Of a stretch of 64,000 nt of DNA, positions 59,731 to 64,000 are shown piece by piece. Source of the DNA: Macrostomum lignano (Eukaryota); the NCBI GenBank assembly GCA_002269645.1, contig NIVC01001415.1, positions 32,870 to 96,869 of the forward strand. Direction: 5' to 3'. The number at the start of each line of letters is the position of its first letter. Position 1 is the stretch's first letter. Below the pieces are notes generated by a model. The model made no database searches. It was not told the origin of the DNA and worked only from the letters and a program-made list of their open reading frames with translations. The translations under genes were made by a program, and so were the position numbers.

Positions 59731-60543
59731 GTAGCTTAAAGCCAACTACCAGGGCATGGGGAATGCGGGGTTTTAGGGTGGGGAGATTCTTCATGAGGAT
59801 TGGTTTTATCAACATAAACTTGAATAGAGGCATGGAGACCTATTCAAGATTGTGTTGATAAATTCCAATTCTAATAGGGGGGGGGGGGTTGTAGCTTAAA
59901 ACCAACTGCCGGGGCATGGGAAATAGGGGGTTTTAGGGTGGGGAGATTCTTCATGGGGATTGATTTTATCAACATAAACTTGAATAGAGGCATGGAGACC
60001 TATTCAAGATTGTGTTGATAAATTCCAATTCTAATAGGGGGGGGGTTGTAGCTTAAAACCAACTACCAAGGCATGGGGAATAGGCCTAGGCTAGGGGGTT
60101 TTAGGGTAGGGAGATTCTTCATGGGGATTGATTTTATCAACATAAACTTGAATAGAGGCATGGAGACCTATTCAAGATTGTGCTAACAAATTCCAATTCT
60201 AATAGGGGGGGGGTGGTAGCTTAAAACCAACTACCAAGGCATGGGAATAGGCCTAGGGGTTTTAGGGTGGGGAGATTCTTCATGGGGATTGATTTTATCA
60301 ACATAAACTTGAATAGAGGCATGGAGACCTATTCAAGATTGTGCTAACAAATTCCAATTCTAATAGGGGGGGGGGTGGTAGCTTAAAACCAACTACCAAG
60401 GCATGGGGAATAGGCCTAGGGGGTTTTAGGGTGGGGAGATTCTTCATGGGGATTGATTTTATCAACATAAACTTGAATAGAGGCATGGAGACCTATTCAA
60501 GATTGTGCAGACAAATTCCAATTCTAATAGGGGGGAGGGTTGT
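59731..60543. repeat. ~160-bp tandem repeat, 5 copies, G-tract-rich
   Basis: GTAGCTTAAA starts at 59731, 59891, 60048, 60216, 60378. Confidence 0.92.
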
Positions 60544-62569
60544 AACTCCACGACACGAGAAAAGAGAGAATCCACCAAAGAGTCAACATAATTATGTCAG
60601 AAGTTGGTTGAATTCTATAACTTTATCTAAATGAATTTGCTTACCAAAATCAAGTGCTGTTACTTCCTTAATACAATAGAATTAGTAATCTAGCCTTGTA
60701 CAGTAATTGGTTTTGAGGAGCGAAATGCTTTAAAGTTGCGAACATTGCTTTGGCTGGGTGCAGTGAAAGTGGTAGTGCAAAGATCGAGCCAGTCGTGACA
60801 GTTTTTAAAAAAGCGAACAGTGACATGGCACTGTCTATGCATTATAACTAAATAGAAAAACTATTATCAGCCAACGTAAAAGACAATTGCATATTAATTT
60901 GTAGATATGATTATTCATCTTTAATTGGCCTAATGAAGTTCTAGCACATGTGCTATTAGATTAAAAGTCTAGTGGATACATTTTCAAAAATGTATTCGTG
61001 GAAACTTTTTCTCACCAAACGTCATTAAGAGAATAGGGAATCGAGTAAAAATCGTGATTGCATCAACTGTACAAGTAATTTTCTACACTTTTTTTGCATT
61101 TTTATAATTTTGGGTACCCCATAAGTCTCCAATGCAAGTTTCAGAAAAATTGAAAAATCGGAAGTATTTTATCAACATAAACTTGAAGAAGTCAACGAGA
61201 AAAGAGATAAAGATAAGAGAGTAAAGATGAGAGATAAGATGAGAAATGATAGATAAGCAAGGAGATAAGAGCAGAGAGGAGGTAAGAGAGATTAGAGATG
61301 AGAGAGCAAAGAGGAAAGAGGAGACAGACAACAGTCTTAGTCTGGACGATGGCAAGCAGTCAATTTTTGCAAACAGGTAAAACAACATGGTTTTTGCGAG
61401 GTTAATAGAGGATTTGGAGAGGATTTGGACGATGGAATTTGTGAGAAGTTATAGATATATATGTTTATTGCAAAGCACATGGTAATACAAATACAGATAT
61501 GGTTTTAGGAACTGGTACTTTATATATCTAGTTCCTATATCTAATAAAACCATTCAACTGAGAATTATAAGACCATTAGAACTATTACTTTAATATAGGT
61601 AAGTAGGAAAGGCCTAGTATAAATAAATAAATATTACCAGTTAAAGTGAGGAGAAATCTTATATCCTTGGCTTGGAATTTGGGACTCAAGTATCAATTTA
61701 TATATTGTTAATATTACGAGTATTTCCATATTGTGGTTAGTTAGTAAAGGCTAAAGTTAGAAGGAATATTTTCACTTTTAATGTGAGCCCTATTTGAATA
61801 TAGTTTAAAATCCTGTGGACTTGTGACATAGGTTTATAAACATTAGGGCTTATGCTTAGGTGCAATAAATGTTATATATAAATATAACTAATTTTGTAGT
61901 GCAGTGCAATACCAAAATTTAACAACTTTGTATAGCAGATAATCATAGACCATATTGTACAGTTATTCCAAAAGAGAATATAAGAGCCAAGGGGAGCTCT
62001 AAAGTTCCTAGAATTAGGGATTCACTCAAGCAACAAAGACAGAAACATTTGAGAGTACATGCATCTTGAGATTAGAATATAGAAGGGTGGTTAAAATTAA
62101 GATATGTTTTCACTTTCAATATAAAAGGAGCTCTTAAGTCTTTGAAGTCAAGGACTCAAACAATAAATTTATGACATTTGCACATTGTGGTCAGGATAGT
62201 AGAGGCTTATGTTAAGATAAATAAAGCCAATAAGAAAGCCACTAGCATCTGCCATTATCAAAAAGGCTAGATTGCAAAGAAGGCTTCTTGAAAACAAGGG
62301 TCTAGATCATGTATAATATAATAATATCTTGTAGATTTTTTATATTACTGATTCTAGAACTAGAATTCATTCAAGGCTTTTCATATTGTCTATTACATTT
62401 TCAGAATTGGTTCCAATATCTTTGAGAAGTAATATAATTAGAGAGAAACTAGCAATCTTCGCCCTCCAATGGGGGACATCTGGATAGAATCTTTGTTCTT
62501 TACAAGTAACAAATAGCAAAATAAAGCTTTCAAAAAAACAACAGACATTCCTTCTAAAAAGAAAACATC

Positions 62570-62935
62570 CCAAGAGAGCAAGCATCCCCAGACAGCATGC
62601 AAGCATCCCCAGACCGCAAGCACCCCTAGATAGCAAGCATCCCCCGATAGCAAGCATCCCCAGATAGCAAGAATCCCCCAATAGTAAGCATATCCTAGAT
62701 AGCAAGCATTCCCCGATAGCAAGCAACCTCAGATAGCAAGCATCCCTGGAAACAAATAGTCTTTGTAGATAGCTAGCAAACCCCTCTCAGATAGCAAGTA
62801 CCCACCACCCCAAGAGCAAGCATCTCCCAATAGCAAGTTTCAAGTTACCCCAGTAGCAAGCATATTTCCAATAGCAAGCATCCCCTTGATAGCAAGTATC
62901 TATCCTTAAAAAGCAAACATCCACCAGAGAACAAG
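62570..62935. repeat. Degenerate ~18-19-bp repeat (AGCAAGCATCCCCCAGAT)
   Basis: Recurrent TAGCAAGCATCCC core with many substitutions. Confidence 0.8.
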
Positions 62936-62984
62936 TAGCTAGTGCAACAATTTCCATAGCTTTATAATGGCTCCATTTTGTTCG

Positions 62985-63790
62985 ACATGACGCTTCCTTT
63001 TTTCATTTCAAATTGTGTCTCTTTATGTTTGACATGGTGTCTTTTATGTTTGACATGGTGGCTCTTTAATTTTTGACATGGTGGCTCTTTTATTTTTGAC
63101 ATGGTGTCTTTTATATGATTGACATGGTGGCTCCTTTATGTTTGACATGGTGGCTCTTTAATGTTTGACATGGTAACTCTTTTATCTTTGACATGGTAGC
63201 TCTTTATTGTTTGAAATGGGCTCTTTAATGTTTGACATGGCATCTTTTATATGATTGACATGATGGCTCTTTTATGTTTGGCATGGTGGCTCTTTTATGT
63301 TTGATTTAATGGTTCTTTCATATTTGACATGGTAGCTCTTTTATGTTTGACATAGAGTCACATATATGTTTGACATGGTGGTTCTTTTATGTTTGACATG
63401 GTGGCTTTTTAATGTTTGACATGGTGGCTCCTTAATGTTTGACATGGTGGCTCTTTAATGTTCAACATGGTGGCTCTTTAATGTTTGACATGGAGTCACG
63501 TATATGTTTGACATGGAGTCACATATATGTATTATGTTTGAAATGGAGTCATGTATATGTTTGAAATGGAGTCACATATATGTTTGACATGGAGTCACAT
63601 ATATGTTTGACATGGAGTCACATATATGTTTGACATGGAGTCACGTATATGTTTTACATAGTGGCTCTTATATGTTTGACATGGGTTTTATGTTCGACAT
63701 GGTGGCTCTTTTATGTTCGACATGGTAGCTCTTTAATGTTTGACATAGTGTCTCTTTTATGTTTGACATGGTGGCTCTTTTATGTTTAGC
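62985..63790. repeat. Degenerate ~22-bp repeat (TTTGACATGGTGGCTCTTTTATG)
   Basis: Recurrent TTTGACATGG core with a GAGTCACATATATG sub-variant block. Confidence 0.88.
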
Positions 63791-63837
63791 ATTTTGTGTT
63801 TTTAAGGTGTTTTAATAAAAAATATTTTGTACTACTA

Positions 63838-63892
63838 AGATTCAAACCCAGGTCGTTACATTAGCAGTCCAGTCTGTTCGCATCTAGGGTAT
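63838..63892 (-). mobile_element. Degenerate tRNA-derived (Ser-GCT-like) SINE head relic
   Basis: Minus strand TGGACTGCTAAT (tRNA-Ser GCT-like anticodon arm) followed by GGGTTTGAATC (B-box-like); no intact cloverleaf or A box. Confidence 0.35.
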
Positions 63893-64000
63893 CTCTTTTC
63901 AACTGGAGAACATGAATTGTAGCCCTTATAATTCAATACTTACAGCAAGCCAGTTAGAGTAAAAAAGTTATGACATAATCAATTTCTCAAGTCAGCCAGT

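Overview
Animal (eukaryotic) genomic DNA with spliceosomal introns. The GC-rich exons and minisatellite-filled introns are reminiscent of the flatworm Macrostomum, but that is inference and I have not verified the species. Left half (1-30 kb) is gene-dense. It holds the 3' 13 exons of GBF1, a complete 4-exon cystinosin (CTNS), a divergent Na,K-ATPase beta-subunit-like gene with a ~300-aa N-terminal extension, and a minus-strand 2-exon GT-A glycosyltransferase of a CAP59/GT69-like, microbial/viral-type family (horizontal-transfer candidate). Most introns carry their own tandem array, and some units are exact transcription-factor motifs (NF-E2/AP-1, NF-Y). A tRNA-derived SINE sits inside a (TTAGGG)n target. 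A near-perfect 67-bp satellite (~121 copies, 30.7-38.8 kb) runs into a 335-N gap. Right half is an AT-richer transposon graveyard: one orphan type I membrane-protein ORF, three degenerate Crypton tyrosine-recombinase relics (one split by a solo LTR with a perfect 4-bp TSD), a full-length dead mariner, Gypsy gag-pro-RT, LINE and Tc1/IS630 fragments, and older repeats. No CRISPR, rRNA or intact tRNA gene found. All family assignments are by eye from remembered motifs; no database search was run.
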